Positions 45,510 through 58,765 of a DNA stretch of 64,000 nucleotides are shown here, piece after piece. The translations under genes were made by a program, and so were the position numbers. The DNA is taken from contig JBODTK010000141.1 in the NCBI GenBank assembly GCA_050613775.1, positions 372,001 through 436,000 of the forward strand, read 5' to 3'. The stretch's first letter is position 1, and every line of letters begins with the position of its first letter. Under the pieces are notes generated by a model that worked only from the letters and a program-made list of their open reading frames with translations, was not told where the DNA came from and ran no database searches. The stretch comes from Neocallimastix sp. 'constans' (lineage: Eukaryota).

Positions 45510-47986
45510 TTATTTATTATTTAATTCTTTACGACGAATTAATTCATTTTGTCGACGAACAAGATAAACTAATTTATCCATAACTAATTCTAAGGCATCT
45601 TTACGATGTTGTAATTCAATATGACGACGAATAGTTGGATTTTCGCAAGCAAACTTAGTTATTTCTTCTCTACTTAAATCATAGTATAATTTATTATCAA
45701 CTTCTCTTGGGAATTGGAACATAAATTCATTTAAAAGTTCAATTTGAATAAACATAACAGCAGAATTAGCTAATTTTTGGGAAATAACACTTAAAAATGT
45801 TTCTGGACAGCATGATTTTCCATTTGTTGAAGAGCATTGACGGCTTCTAAGAGCAGCAGCTCTTCCCTTTAAAACAGCAATTTCCTTTCTTAAAGCCATT
45901 GCTTCCTTTGCCTTTTCAATTAAAACTGGGTTATACTGACGTGGTCTATTCATTTCCTTCTTAATAACTTTAGCTTCTTCATCTTCATCTAATTCATCAA
46001 TGGATGAAGATAATTGTTCTGGAACAAGCGTTTCCTCTTTTGTTTTGGGTACTTCTTCCTTTGGAAGTGGAACTGAAATTGAAGCTGAAGAGGCTTGATT
46101 ACCAGCATTCATCTTTCTTTGATTTTGATGACGAATATATTTAACAGCAGTACGAAGTTTACGTCTTCCAACTTGAGATCTAATATCTTGCAATTTCTTT
46201 TGAGCCTCTTGAATATGTCTATCAACTAAATCAATAGCTCTTTCCTTTCCACGTTCCCATTCAAGATCAGTACATTCAACTTCAAATTTTAATGGTTTAA
46301 TAGTATTTTCAACTTGGTCAACAGTAGTATGGAATTTCTTCTTTAAAAGTTTTGAACTAAAATCTATAATCTTATTACAAGTACTTTCATGATAAGTAAA
46401 TGGTTCCTTTGATGCAATTTCTCTAAGTTCATCTAAAACGATATCAACTACTAATTGAGTAGTAGCTCTACCAACACCACTCTTCGTTAAAGCAGCAGAA
46501 CTCATGTCAATCTTAGATTTCCATACTAAATCTTTTAAGCATAAGGAAGGGAATGCAACAACCTTTGGATCATCATAATATAAATCTTTACAAATATCCA
46601 TAATTTTTTCTTCAAGCATATTTTCAATTTCTTCTCGAACTTCAGCTTTTCCAAATTTATTTGTGAATTCCTTAAATTGATGTTTCAAAGTATCCATTAT
46701 ATCAGCAGTATATGATTCAGCAGTAATATGTCTATCATTATATTGAACCTTATATTGATATCTAACTTCTTCTAATTCATTTTGAACAGCATCAACAATA
46801 CCATATAAATTTTGACCCATATTTTCTTCAAGAATAGTAGTTAAACGTTTTTTTAATGCAGATAAACCAACTTGAACATCTGGTTGATGGAAAATTGGAT
46901 TATTTCTAAAGTATTGATCAGATTTTTGAGTTAAAGATAATTGTCTAGAGAAACCAGATTTACCTGGTGGTTTACAAACCATACCGACATAACCTAGTTC
47001 TAATGGATAATCATTATTAATTAAAAGATCAACACCTTTTTCTGGTTCAACAAGGTCCATTTTAGTAATAACACCAATTGTACGTTGACCATAAGGATCA
47101 ACTTTACGACTATGAGTCAAAGCTTCAGAATTGGCTAAATCTACATCAGCAGATGAAATAGCTCTATATGATTATTTGTAATAATATATAAATAATATAT
47201 TCAGTTTTAAATCATAATTTAAATTCATGCCATTAATTAATCATTAAATATAATTGATATAATTGATATAATTGATATAATTAATATAATTAATATTTTC
47301 ATCAAATTTTTATTATATCTATAATATGTATATATATTATACTTACAAAATAATATTTGGTTCAACAATATATCTATCACAAAGTTCAACAATTTTTCTC
47401 TTTAAAATTGGTGGTTGTTTACGATTAATAACTTGAATATAACCGGGTAAATCAATTAAAGTTAAATCTGGAACATTTGGAGAATAAATTTTTAATTCTA
47501 TTGGGTCAGTAGAAATACATTCACTCTCAGAAACAGACTAAATATATAAATGTATTTTTTATCAATATAAAATTTAGATATTAAAATAATACATTTTATT
47601 TCATTAATACAATCTTTTATTATAAATAACTAATAATAACAATTATATTATTATATATTAATATATATATTAATAATTGATTTTAAATTTTACCATATTT
47701 AATTCAGATAGAGTTCTTTGAATTTGAGTAAAATCAGTCATATTTTTCATACCAATTTCAGGGAACTCACCATATTCTTCTTCAGCATTTGGTGTATGAA
47801 CTAAAGTCAATTCAATAGGTCTTTTAGAAAATAATAATTCAATATATTATTAAATATTTTCCAAAATTAAATTATTATAATATATGATAAATAAATACCT
47901 TCTTGTAACCATATTGTTACCCCTTTATAGATTATTATTTAATATTGATATTAATATAATAAAAAAAATTAAAAAAATAATAAAAA

Positions 47987-48017
<31 letters not shown>

Positions 48018-48672
48018 TAATAATAATAAAGCAATTATTTAAATACTATTTTTGGTAAATTAATTTAAAAATATATACTCTTATAATAATTATAATAAAT
48101 TATTTTTAAAATTACTTTGGAAGAAATTCATGACCAACAATAGCTTCTAAAACTGAACTTTTACCAGAAGACTGAGAACCAATAACAACAATACTTGGTA
48201 ATTGTAAAGCACTACAATTTTGATTAACTGTTTTTAAGATATTTCTAACTTCAATTAGTTGTTTAGTCAACATCATAAAGTCATCTTGATTTGAATTTAA
48301 TGCTGAATTTCCACCCTTTCCATTTTTACCATATGGTAATGTGTTAGATGACAATTCACCACTATTATCTAATTCCATACCACTATCTGACATATCAAGG
48401 GCACTTTTATAATGATATTGAAATGAAATGAAAGATTGAGAAATGGTTGTAGAATGAATATAACTATTAAATCTTTTTTTGGTTTGTACCCATCTTGATA
48501 TTATAGTACCTCTTAAAAATCCTTTCATACCAACATTTTCTACGGGAGTTCTTTTAGTCGATAAAGATTCAAAATTTGGTTGATTGAATGATTGATACTG
48601 AAATAATGGTTGATTATTGTATCTTCTTTTTGTAAGAGGATTACAATATAATGGTGCTGACATTGAATACAT
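45510..48672 (-). CDS. MGM1: Mgm1/OPA1-type dynamin-related GTPase (organelle inner-membrane fusion), 5 coding exons
   Basis: Mgm1-type [15 protein letters not shown] precedes [30 protein letters not shown]2 [14 protein letters not shown] includes a 24-nt micro-exon at ~47922-47899. G3 [13 protein letters not shown], then DLANSEAL and G4 TKMD. C-terminal [15 protein letters not shown]. Confidence 0.9.
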
Positions 48673-49257
48673 TTTTACAAATATCTATAATATAATATAA
48701 CTTTAATTTTACAATTTAATCAATGTAATGTCAATAAAAAACTATTATATCAATAATATAATAATTACATATCCAAATATAAAAACATTATAATAAACTA
48801 AAATTACAATAATAATAAATATTTATAAATTTCATTTATGTATAATCTTATATAAATTAAACTAATTATAATAAATCAAAAGCCCTTATTTAAAATAATA
48901 TATACCTTTTTATTTAAAGAAAAGAAAAATAATAAATTCTAATTATTATTATATTCTTATTATTATTATTATTATTAGTATTAGTATTAGTATTAGTATT
49001 ATTAATAGTATTAATATTAGTATTAGTATTAGTATTATTTATTATGTTATTAAAACAATTCCTTATTTTATTATTATTATTATTATCATTATTATTAGTA
49101 GTATTAGTATTAGTATTATCTACTATTATATTATTAAAACAAATCCTTATTTTATTATTATTATTATTATCATTATTATAATTATTAAAAAAAAAATATA
49201 TAATTAATTTATTTTAAAAAAACTGATTTTATTTTAATAATTACTTCAAAATTGGTC

Positions 49258-49295
<38 letters not shown>

Positions 49296-49599
49296 TGAGA
49301 GAGAGATTTTAACAATATGATAATTTTTTTCTCTTTATTATTTCATACTTTTAATAACATTTATTTTTAATCCATTGAATTTGTTTTTGAAATACTTTTT
49401 ATTATTATTATCTTTATTATTTTTAATATATCAATAATTAAGAAATAAATTTATTTTCTTAATTATATAAATATTAATTAAAATAATAGATAAAACAAAA
49501 AAAAGAATAAAAAAAAAAAAAAAAAAATATTTTTTAAAAATTATATATATTTATTAAAAGAATAGAAAAAATGTTTTGTATAAAAAAAAAAAAAAGTCA

Positions 49600-49765
<166 letters not shown>

Positions 49766-50429
49766 TATGTATTATATATATTTTTTAATTTCAAAAAAAA
49801 AAAAGGCTATTTCCAATAATGGAATTATTTTTATTAATCAATATATAATAATATACTATTAATTAAATACTTTCATATATTTATTATATGTTCGTTACAT
49901 ATAAAAGTTTCCATTTTTCATAACAAACTTAAATCAGTAATAATCATAAAATATTAAAAATTACTATATATAAAAAAATTTGAGGTTAAATTATGGTTGT
50001 AATGTACCACCATCATACTTTTTTTTTCTTCTTCTCATAAATTTAATAGCAAATACAAAAGATAGTTTAGATTTAATTTTAATTTAATAAACTATATATA
50101 TATAATGTTTTACATTGTAATATATTATACATATATTAAATAATATAGATTATGTTAAAAATAAAGTTTAACTTTGAATAATTTATTTATTTTTTTTAAT
50201 TAATACTCAAAGAAAATATGTAAAATCTGTGGCTAATTTAACTAGAATTTTATTAAATGTTTTAATTAAGAGTCTCATTGACTCAGTGTAATAAAAAATA
50301 ACAAATAATATTAATTAATTACAATCAAACTGTATGTATATAAATTAATATTATTACTTATTATATTAGAATGACAGAAAATTTTACAGCCATGAAGGAT
50401 TTATTGATCGTAAATAATCATAGATTATT

Positions 50430-50782
50430 ATTAACAAAAAAAAATATATTACATGACAAATTATTTAACAAACTTGACTAATGTAGTGAAATGCAATGAC
50501 ATAATTTATTTCGCCAACATAGGGATAGTTACCATCTCATATAAAGTTACATACATCAGATGCGTAAATACATATAAAATTTCATTAAATGATGTATTCC
50601 ACATTCCAGAATTCAAAAGAACTCTATTGTTGTAATGAATTCTAAAATTTCAGAAATTAGAATAATAGTCTACTGGTTAGTTATACTGACCTGGACAAAC
50701 ACTTTATGGGTTGACACCGACCTCGACCTATATTACAAAATTATTATTTTAAATATTTATTAATTATATTTTCTATATTTCT

Positions 50783-50841
<59 letters not shown>

Positions 50842-52150
50842 TTAATGTAATTTCTTTGGTTAATAATTTAACCGAATAAAACTAAAAAATACTAATTTTA
50901 TAATTATTTTATCTTTTTTTCCATAAGATTCATTTTCATTAATCAAGGTCTTTTTCATAAACTTTCATACTTTTTTATTCACGAAATTTTTTTCCGGAAA
51001 AAGTATAAATATGAGTGATTTCATTAACAAAATATTTTTCTTTATACTTTTATTTTTTTATTTTTAATATATAAGTAATATCTTAATTGTAGTTATTCAA
51101 TAATTTTTAATACTCTTTAATATTAAAATTAATAAAAATTTTAATAAAACAACTTTCTTTATCTCCTCATTACTTATATATTTATTGTGTCAATATATTA
51201 GGTCAATAAAATTATACATGTTGTTATCAATTCAGTTCAATAATAATTAGCTAAACATTACAATTGTCGATAGATAATTTATATAAAGAAGACTTCATGA
51301 TAATTTTCTATAATTTCAATAATAAGAACTTAATCTCAATATATTATTGTAACAGAAAAAAATTTTCACTAACACTCAAATAAATATAAGAAATACAAAG
51401 TTTGGACGTTTAAGAGAATGCTAAGATAACAAATCAAAAATAAGGAGGAACCCATAAAGCATGAAAGTATTATAAAAGCTTTTAATACTTAAAATATGGA
51501 ACTTTGGCCCAGACGATTAGGCCGTTTCTACATTATAACATTAAGGATATGTTAGTAAGCATAAGCATAAATAATAAATGTAGAGTGCGTGTTTCAAAGA
51601 TGAAGAAAAGGATTACCATAATTCGGGAAACAAGTCAAAAAAACCTTTTTAATATGTTCTCGTGGATACTATCTCTTCCTCTGATATATTTCTTTATGGA
51701 AATAAATACTTTATGACTATGTTCGACGACTATACTAGATATTGTTGGGTTTTCTTCATGAAGATAAAATTCGAAGTATTTCAAAACTTCTATAGATTGT
51801 ATAAAATAACAAAAAACATATTCAAATTTAACATAAAACAATATACGCTCCGACAACGGAAGTTTGATAAAAATAGTAATAATGGCTTACAATATTTTGT
51901 GAAGAGAATGGTAATGTTCATTAATTTACAATACCTTATAATCCACAACAAAATGGATGATCCAAATGTTCCAAGAAACATTAATATATAACCCAATGGT
52001 TACGATTAAGGATAGGAAATTAAACCATAAGTTTTAAGAAGATACCATTAGAATAGCCAATTACATACACAACAGATTACTTCACTGATATAATAAAATC
52101 CCCTTTGTAAAACTATACAAAAAGAAAGTCGATTATGAAAGTTTTAGGGT
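50430..52150 (+). mobile_element. Second degenerate Ty1/copia remnant (protease, GAG-pre-integrase, integrase core), interrupted by ~600 bp of unrelated sequence
   Basis: Protease-like HMTN...IYFAN...LNDVFHIPEFKRTLL at 50450-50635. LWPRRLGRF at ~51502. Integrase GNKYFMTMFDDYTRYCWVFFMK, IRSDNG, PYNPQQNG and TIRIANYIHNRL...PFVKLY at 51690-52130. Confidence 0.85.
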
Positions 52151-52877
52151 ATATAATTTAAATAAGTTTACACATTTATTTCAATTTTATTATTTTATTG
52201 TTTATAATCGAATTTTATTTATTATTTCTAAGATCATTAAATAATTATTTTATTTTTACTTTTATATTATTTTAATTGTATAAATCTAATTATCACGTTA
52301 TTAGATAAATGTTCAAGTCTTTATGGGTCATATCACAGTTTAATAATAAATGATATTTTTTTACATTAATATTATTTATATATAAAATTTATTATGTTTT
52401 ATTACAATAATATCCATATATTAAACTTTATTTCTAACAATATTTAATATTTAGAAGATAAAAAAAAAACATATTACATAATTTCGTGCTTTTATAATTT
52501 ATATAATTTATTAAAATTTTAAATTATGGAATTAATAATCATAAAAAAAATAAATAAATAAATAAAATGTATATTAAAATACGATACACAGAAATAAAAT
52601 TAAAAAAAAAAAAAAAAACAATAATAATAATAATAATAATAATAAAATTTAAATTATAAAATTTTTAATAATTCATAAATAAATTCTTATAATAGTTACA
52701 TAAATGTATTGTATATCATGATTCATGGAAATAAAATTTTAAAAATAAAAAATAAAAAATAAAAATATTTAATTATATTATTTTATAAATTATTATGAAA
52801 AAATAAAAATAAATATATATATATAAATATATATTTATTTACATATTTATAGATTAAAATATTTAAAAATTATTAAA

Positions 52878-52931
<54 letters not shown>

Positions 52932-53065
52932 ATACAATAAAATAAAAATTAATATTTGTTAATAGGATTTTGTTGTATTATCAAAGTTATTATTATTATT
53001 ATTATCAAAACCTTTGCAATATATTATATATATAGAAGAATATCGATAGAAATTAGAAAAATAGT

Positions 53066-53801
53066 TTAGTGTTTAGCTTTTTTATCAGTAATATCAATTA
53101 CATCCATTTCCCTTGCTCGTTTCTTTTGTTGTCTATATTGAATTCTTCTTTCATATCTATGTAAATTTAAATAAAATAAAATAAAATGGAATTTAATAAA
53201 AATAAATAAAAAAAAAAAAAAAAATAAAAAGCAAAAAAGAATAAAAAATAAAAAATTAATAATAATAATAATATATATATATATAAATCCACTTACGTTT
53301 GATAAACTTTTTGACCTCTTGTCATTGGGTATTCTTGATTCATTTGATTATACATTTTATTACGCATTCCTATTCCCATATTTTGTTGATTCATCATTTG
53401 ATTCATCATTGGACGATTTGTAGCAGTATTCATCATAACACCTGGAATGCCATCCCACATTTGCATTGTTTCATTATTCATATTCCATCCATTATTATTA
53501 TAAGACTGATAAACTCTATAATTATTATCATTCATGTATGTTGGTATCATTTTATTATATTCATTCTGCATATTCATATTATTTTTATAATTATTTGAAT
53601 AATTCATATTATATTGATTATTGCCAGAATAATAATTATGTTTCTGTTTACCATCTTGATTTCTCCCTTTATTAATTTTCATATCATTAGATTTAATTTT
53701 ATTATTTTGATTTTGTCTTATATTATTCTTATTATTAATTTTACTTTTTGGATTAATATTACTCTTACTATTGTTATTAGTATTAGTATTTGTTAATGGA
53801 C

Positions 53802-53862
<61 letters not shown>

Positions 53863-54707
53863 TAAGGTATTTAAATTTCCATCAACTTTATTATCGGAAT
53901 TAATATTCTTATTATTTCCTGATTTTTTATTAGTATATTCTAATAAATGATGTTCAACAGCTTGACGTAGTTTTTTATTAGGTACTAAATTATCAGGAGA
54001 CTGACCTTGATGACAATTTGGACATTCCATTTTGGTATTTGTTTCTTTTAATAAATGATTTCTTATACCTATTATTATAAATAAATATTATAAACATTTT
54101 ATTATATTAAATAAATTATAATTAAAAATATTAATTTTGATCTACTTACACTCATCACAATAGCTTTTACCACAGCATGGAATAGAAACAGCATCTTTAA
54201 ATATTTTTTCACAAAGTGGACATCGAAGATTGTCTGGAACAGGAACAGCATTATATATATCTTCATTAAATACTGTACCAACTTTAGAGGTCATTTTTTT
54301 CCATTCTTGTTCATTCGGTTGTACAACTACTAAATCACCATTTTGATTTACCATTACACCACCTTCTTTTGCTTGTTCCGTATTTGCAGCTTTTAAAAAG
54401 CATTTAGGAATACCTGTTGTTCTTTTTAACTTTGGTCTATCAAATTCTTTATCACCAATTGTTGGACAGTTATTTATAAAATGACCTATATATTGCAAAC
54501 ATTATCATATTTTAAAAAATTATAATAATAAAGAATAATAATAAATAAATAAATAAATAAATAAATAAAATAAAATAAAATAAAATAAAAATAAAATATA
54601 CATATATAAAAAGTCAATAGATATTATAATATAAGGAAAATATAAATATGTAAATTAAAATAAAAACTACAAAATCCTTAAATACTTATTTTTAAATTAT
54701 ATATATA

Positions 54708-54771
<64 letters not shown>

Positions 54772-55719
54772 TAACAATATAAAATAATAATAAATAAAAA
54801 CAAAATAAAATAAAATAAAATAAAAAATAAAAAATACTATTATTTAATAACAATATATTAATTGTAATAATATATTAATAATATCTTTTATATTTATATT
54901 TAAAATAATTTTTTATTTATTTATTTAAAAAATTATTTTTTAAAATTTTTAAACTAAATATTTATTCAGTATATATATATTTATATTTTAGTTATAATAA
55001 ATATTGTATAAAAAAAAATAAGGAAAAAAAATTTTTTTTATAAAATTATATGAATATAATTCAACTATTAACTTTTAGAAATTCTGATATAAATTATAAT
55101 TAAAATTAATTATTCATGATATTATTATAATTATGTATCTATATAATGTAGTTAGATATCAAATATTTTGTTACTATATTAAATATCAATCAAATAAAAC
55201 TTTTTAAAAAATATAATTGACTTTAATTTCTATATCATATATTTATATATATTTATCTTTTACTTTATTTGTTAAATTGTAACATTAAAACTAATTTTTA
55301 ATATGTATTATAATAAATTTAAATCATTTAAAAATTAAATAAAAAATTTTATTTTATTGAATAAATTTTATTGTTGTTAACTGTTATATAATACATATTT
55401 CTTTATGAATATATATAACATTAACAATGATGAATATATATATTATTATTATATTTTATATTTTATTTATTTATATATATTATTTTTTATTTCTTTAGAA
55501 TTTTGAATTATTGTTTTTTTTTTTTTCCCTTTATGATTCTGATATTTATTTACAATATTTAAAAAATTTGTGTATTATTTCATTAAACATTATAATCAAT
55601 TATTGTTTATATATAATTGATATTTGTACATAAAATTAAATATTTAAAAATGCTAATATATAAATACATTTTTTACAAACTTAATCATTAATATAAATAT
55701 ATTTACTTTAAAAAATACT

Positions 55720-55762
<43 letters not shown>

Positions 55763-56894
55763 AAATAAAACCTTAAAAAAAAAATATTTATTATTACAAA
55801 TTTTAAAATGTAAATTTATACCTTTTTGTCCACATCGAAAGCAAACATATGATGGATTAGGTACTTTTTGAGGAACAGTTGTGGCATTTGGATTTGTTGG
55901 CTTTGCACCTGCAGTACTTCCCGTTGAATGACTACTGATAAAATGTGGTCTATATGGTACAGACTTTGCACTAATTCCATTTAAATTTTTTAATTATATA
56001 TATATATATTTTTTATAATTACAATTAAAAAAATAAATAAATATTATTATTTTAATTTAATGTTTAATTATTTATTTCTTTTATTTTTAAATTTAAAAAA
56101 AAATTTACTTAGCCATTTGATCTTGTAATTGCATCCAATGTTCATTTGATTTTTGAAACATTGCATTAATTCTTTCCTCTTCAGTTAATCCTTCAAGCGT
56201 TTCCTCAGATTTAACACCATTTTTATTTACTTTACTAATAATATAATATATAAATTAATTTTAACATTTTAATTAATTAGTATTAATATACAATATTAAA
56301 CTGTTTAATTTATATATATTTATGTACTTCGTAGTAGTTATTTTATTTTTTCCTATTGATGGCCCACTTTTCGCTGAATTTGCAACCCTTCTTCCAATAA
56401 TATGAGTTGGACCCGTTCCTGTCAAATATTTTTGTGCATTACCTTTTCCAGGTCTTTCAACTGGTACTCTTCTTACTATAATTGAAGTATTTCTAGGTAT
56501 TGTAGCTGAATCATCAGTATATTCTATATAAAGAAAAATATATTTATTATAAATAATATAATTTTAATATATATCTATTATATATAAATAATTCCTTCTA
56601 TTTTTATTTTGTTTTACATATATATATCCACCTTCACCAGTTTGAGCATTAGATACTGATAAATCAAAATCTGTTCCTTTACCTAATTTTTTCGAAACCA
56701 TTATTTCATGTTTAAGATCAAATACTGATAAACTTATTCCATCAAAAGTTACAGTATCATAATCTTTTGCACTCTAATAACGTTAATTTAAATATTTTAA
56801 GTTAAAAGCGTGAATAAATAATATATAAATTTCATAATATAATATTAATAATTTATTACTTTATTACCTTAAATTTATAATAGATTACAGACAT
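53066..56894 (-). CDS. MPE1: Mpe1/RBBP6 cleavage-and-polyadenylation factor (DWNN ubiquitin-like domain, CCHC Zn knuckle, RING/U-box-like domain), 8 exons
   Basis: MSVIYYKFKSAKDYDTVTFDG...IPRNTSIIVRRVP (DWNN). YVCFRCGQKG|HFINNCPT...KRTTGIPK. RING CPLC...PCCGKSYCDEC...CPNC. ATG at 56894, TAA at 53066-53068. Confidence 0.92.
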
Positions 56895-57801
56895 TTTTTA
56901 TGATTAAAAACAAAAAAAAAAAAAAATCTACTTTAAACTATTTATAACTTCAAAGATGAAATTTTTGTTATTTTTTTTTTTGATTAATTATAACTAAAAA
57001 TAAAAAATAAAAAAAGTTTTCAATTATCTATATATAAATAACTTTTATTTAATAAATTTTTTTTACCAATTTATAACTATTCTTTTCTAAAAATTTTATA
57101 ATATATTAAAATAGTATTGATTATAATTTATTATGAATAAGTATTATTTTTAATAACAATATTATAAATTTAAAACTATGATTTATAATTTGATTAAAGA
57201 TTTATATTATTAATATATTAACATAAAATAATTATATTTAATTTTTTCAATTCTTATAATTTCTTTATTTTTTGTTTGTTGTCTACTTTAATTAATAATT
57301 ATATGTATTAATTTAAAAAGTTAAAAAAAAATAATAATAATAATAATAATAATATTATAGCTTAATTTTATTTTGAAAAGATATAGTATTTTTTATTATT
57401 TATTAATAAATTAAATAATTGTATATTTTATTGTATGTTATATTATTTTTTTAAAAAAAAAAAAAAAGAAAGAAAGAAAAAAAAAAAAAAAGAAAAAATC
57501 TACTATTATTTATCAATTAAACAATTTTAGAATTAAAATCATATTTATTTTCATCTAATATTCAAAATATAATTTACTTCCTTTTTTATAAAAAAAAAAT
57601 AAAATAAAATAAAATAAAATAACAACAACAATAGAAAAGAAAATATAAAAAAATATAAATAAATTATATATAAATAAAATAATATAATAAAACAATCAGA
57701 ATATTATCATTTTAGTATATATAATATATTTCATTATTCTTTAATTAAATAATATATAATATTAAACAAATAACATAGAATATAAATACATACTACAAAA
57801 C

Positions 57802-58032
57802 TTTAATTTTTAATCATTTAAATACAAATTTCAAATAATAAAATATATAATTTTTAATCATTTAAATACAAATTTCAAATAATAAAATATATAATTTTTA
57901 ATCATTTAAATACAAATTTCAAATAATAAAATATATAATTTTTAATCATTTAAATACAAATTTCAAATAATAAAATATATAAAAAAAGTATATAAATTAA
58001 AAATAATTGTATTTAAATGATTAAAAATTAAA
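57802..58032. repeat. Four tandem 44-bp repeats followed by an inverted copy of the first 24-26 bp
   Basis: Unit TAATTTTTAATCATTTAAATACAAATTTCAAATAATAAAATATA at 57804, 57848, 57892 and 57936. Inverted TTGTATTTAAATGATTAAAAATTA at 58007-58030. Confidence 0.9.
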
Positions 58033-58618
58033 TTTTTACTTATTTTATTAATAATATATATCAAATAATGTAGAACTACATTTACATAGTTTTAATTAAT
58101 ATCATTAGTAATAATTATTAATCAAAAAATTTAAATAATGATATTTCTCCATAAATAATTAAAAATAATATATAATTATAATTTTTCTAACCAATAGCAA
58201 TTAATCTCATATACATATTTAATAAAAATATAGACTTTAACCAACGAATTATAATTTTTAAATTTTATAATTAGATATAGTGAAAAAACATTAGCATAAA
58301 TACATAATTCAAGAGCGTTTATAAGAAAAATTTCAAAGACTACTTTTATCATAAAATATTGGAAAATTAAAAAATAGTTTAGTTAATAAATTTTTATACT
58401 AAAATCAAATATTATATTTATAGTAGGAGAAATGGATGAAACTCTTGATTTTAAAACTATAATTATTAATTGCATAAATTATATTATATAGGATTAGAGT
58501 AATAAATAGATTATTTAATATATAAAATATAAATATATATTTTAATTTATTTAAATATATTTTTATATTTTATTTATTTATATTAAATCATAATTCATAA
58601 TAATAATCATTAATATTT

Positions 58619-58658
<40 letters not shown>

Positions 58659-58765
58659 GAAATTTAAAAAAATATATATATATTAAATCTCTTTAACAAA
58701 ATAATAAGAAATCTTGAAAAAATCATTAAATTAATAACTATAAATTTGATTCGCCTAAGAAATTT

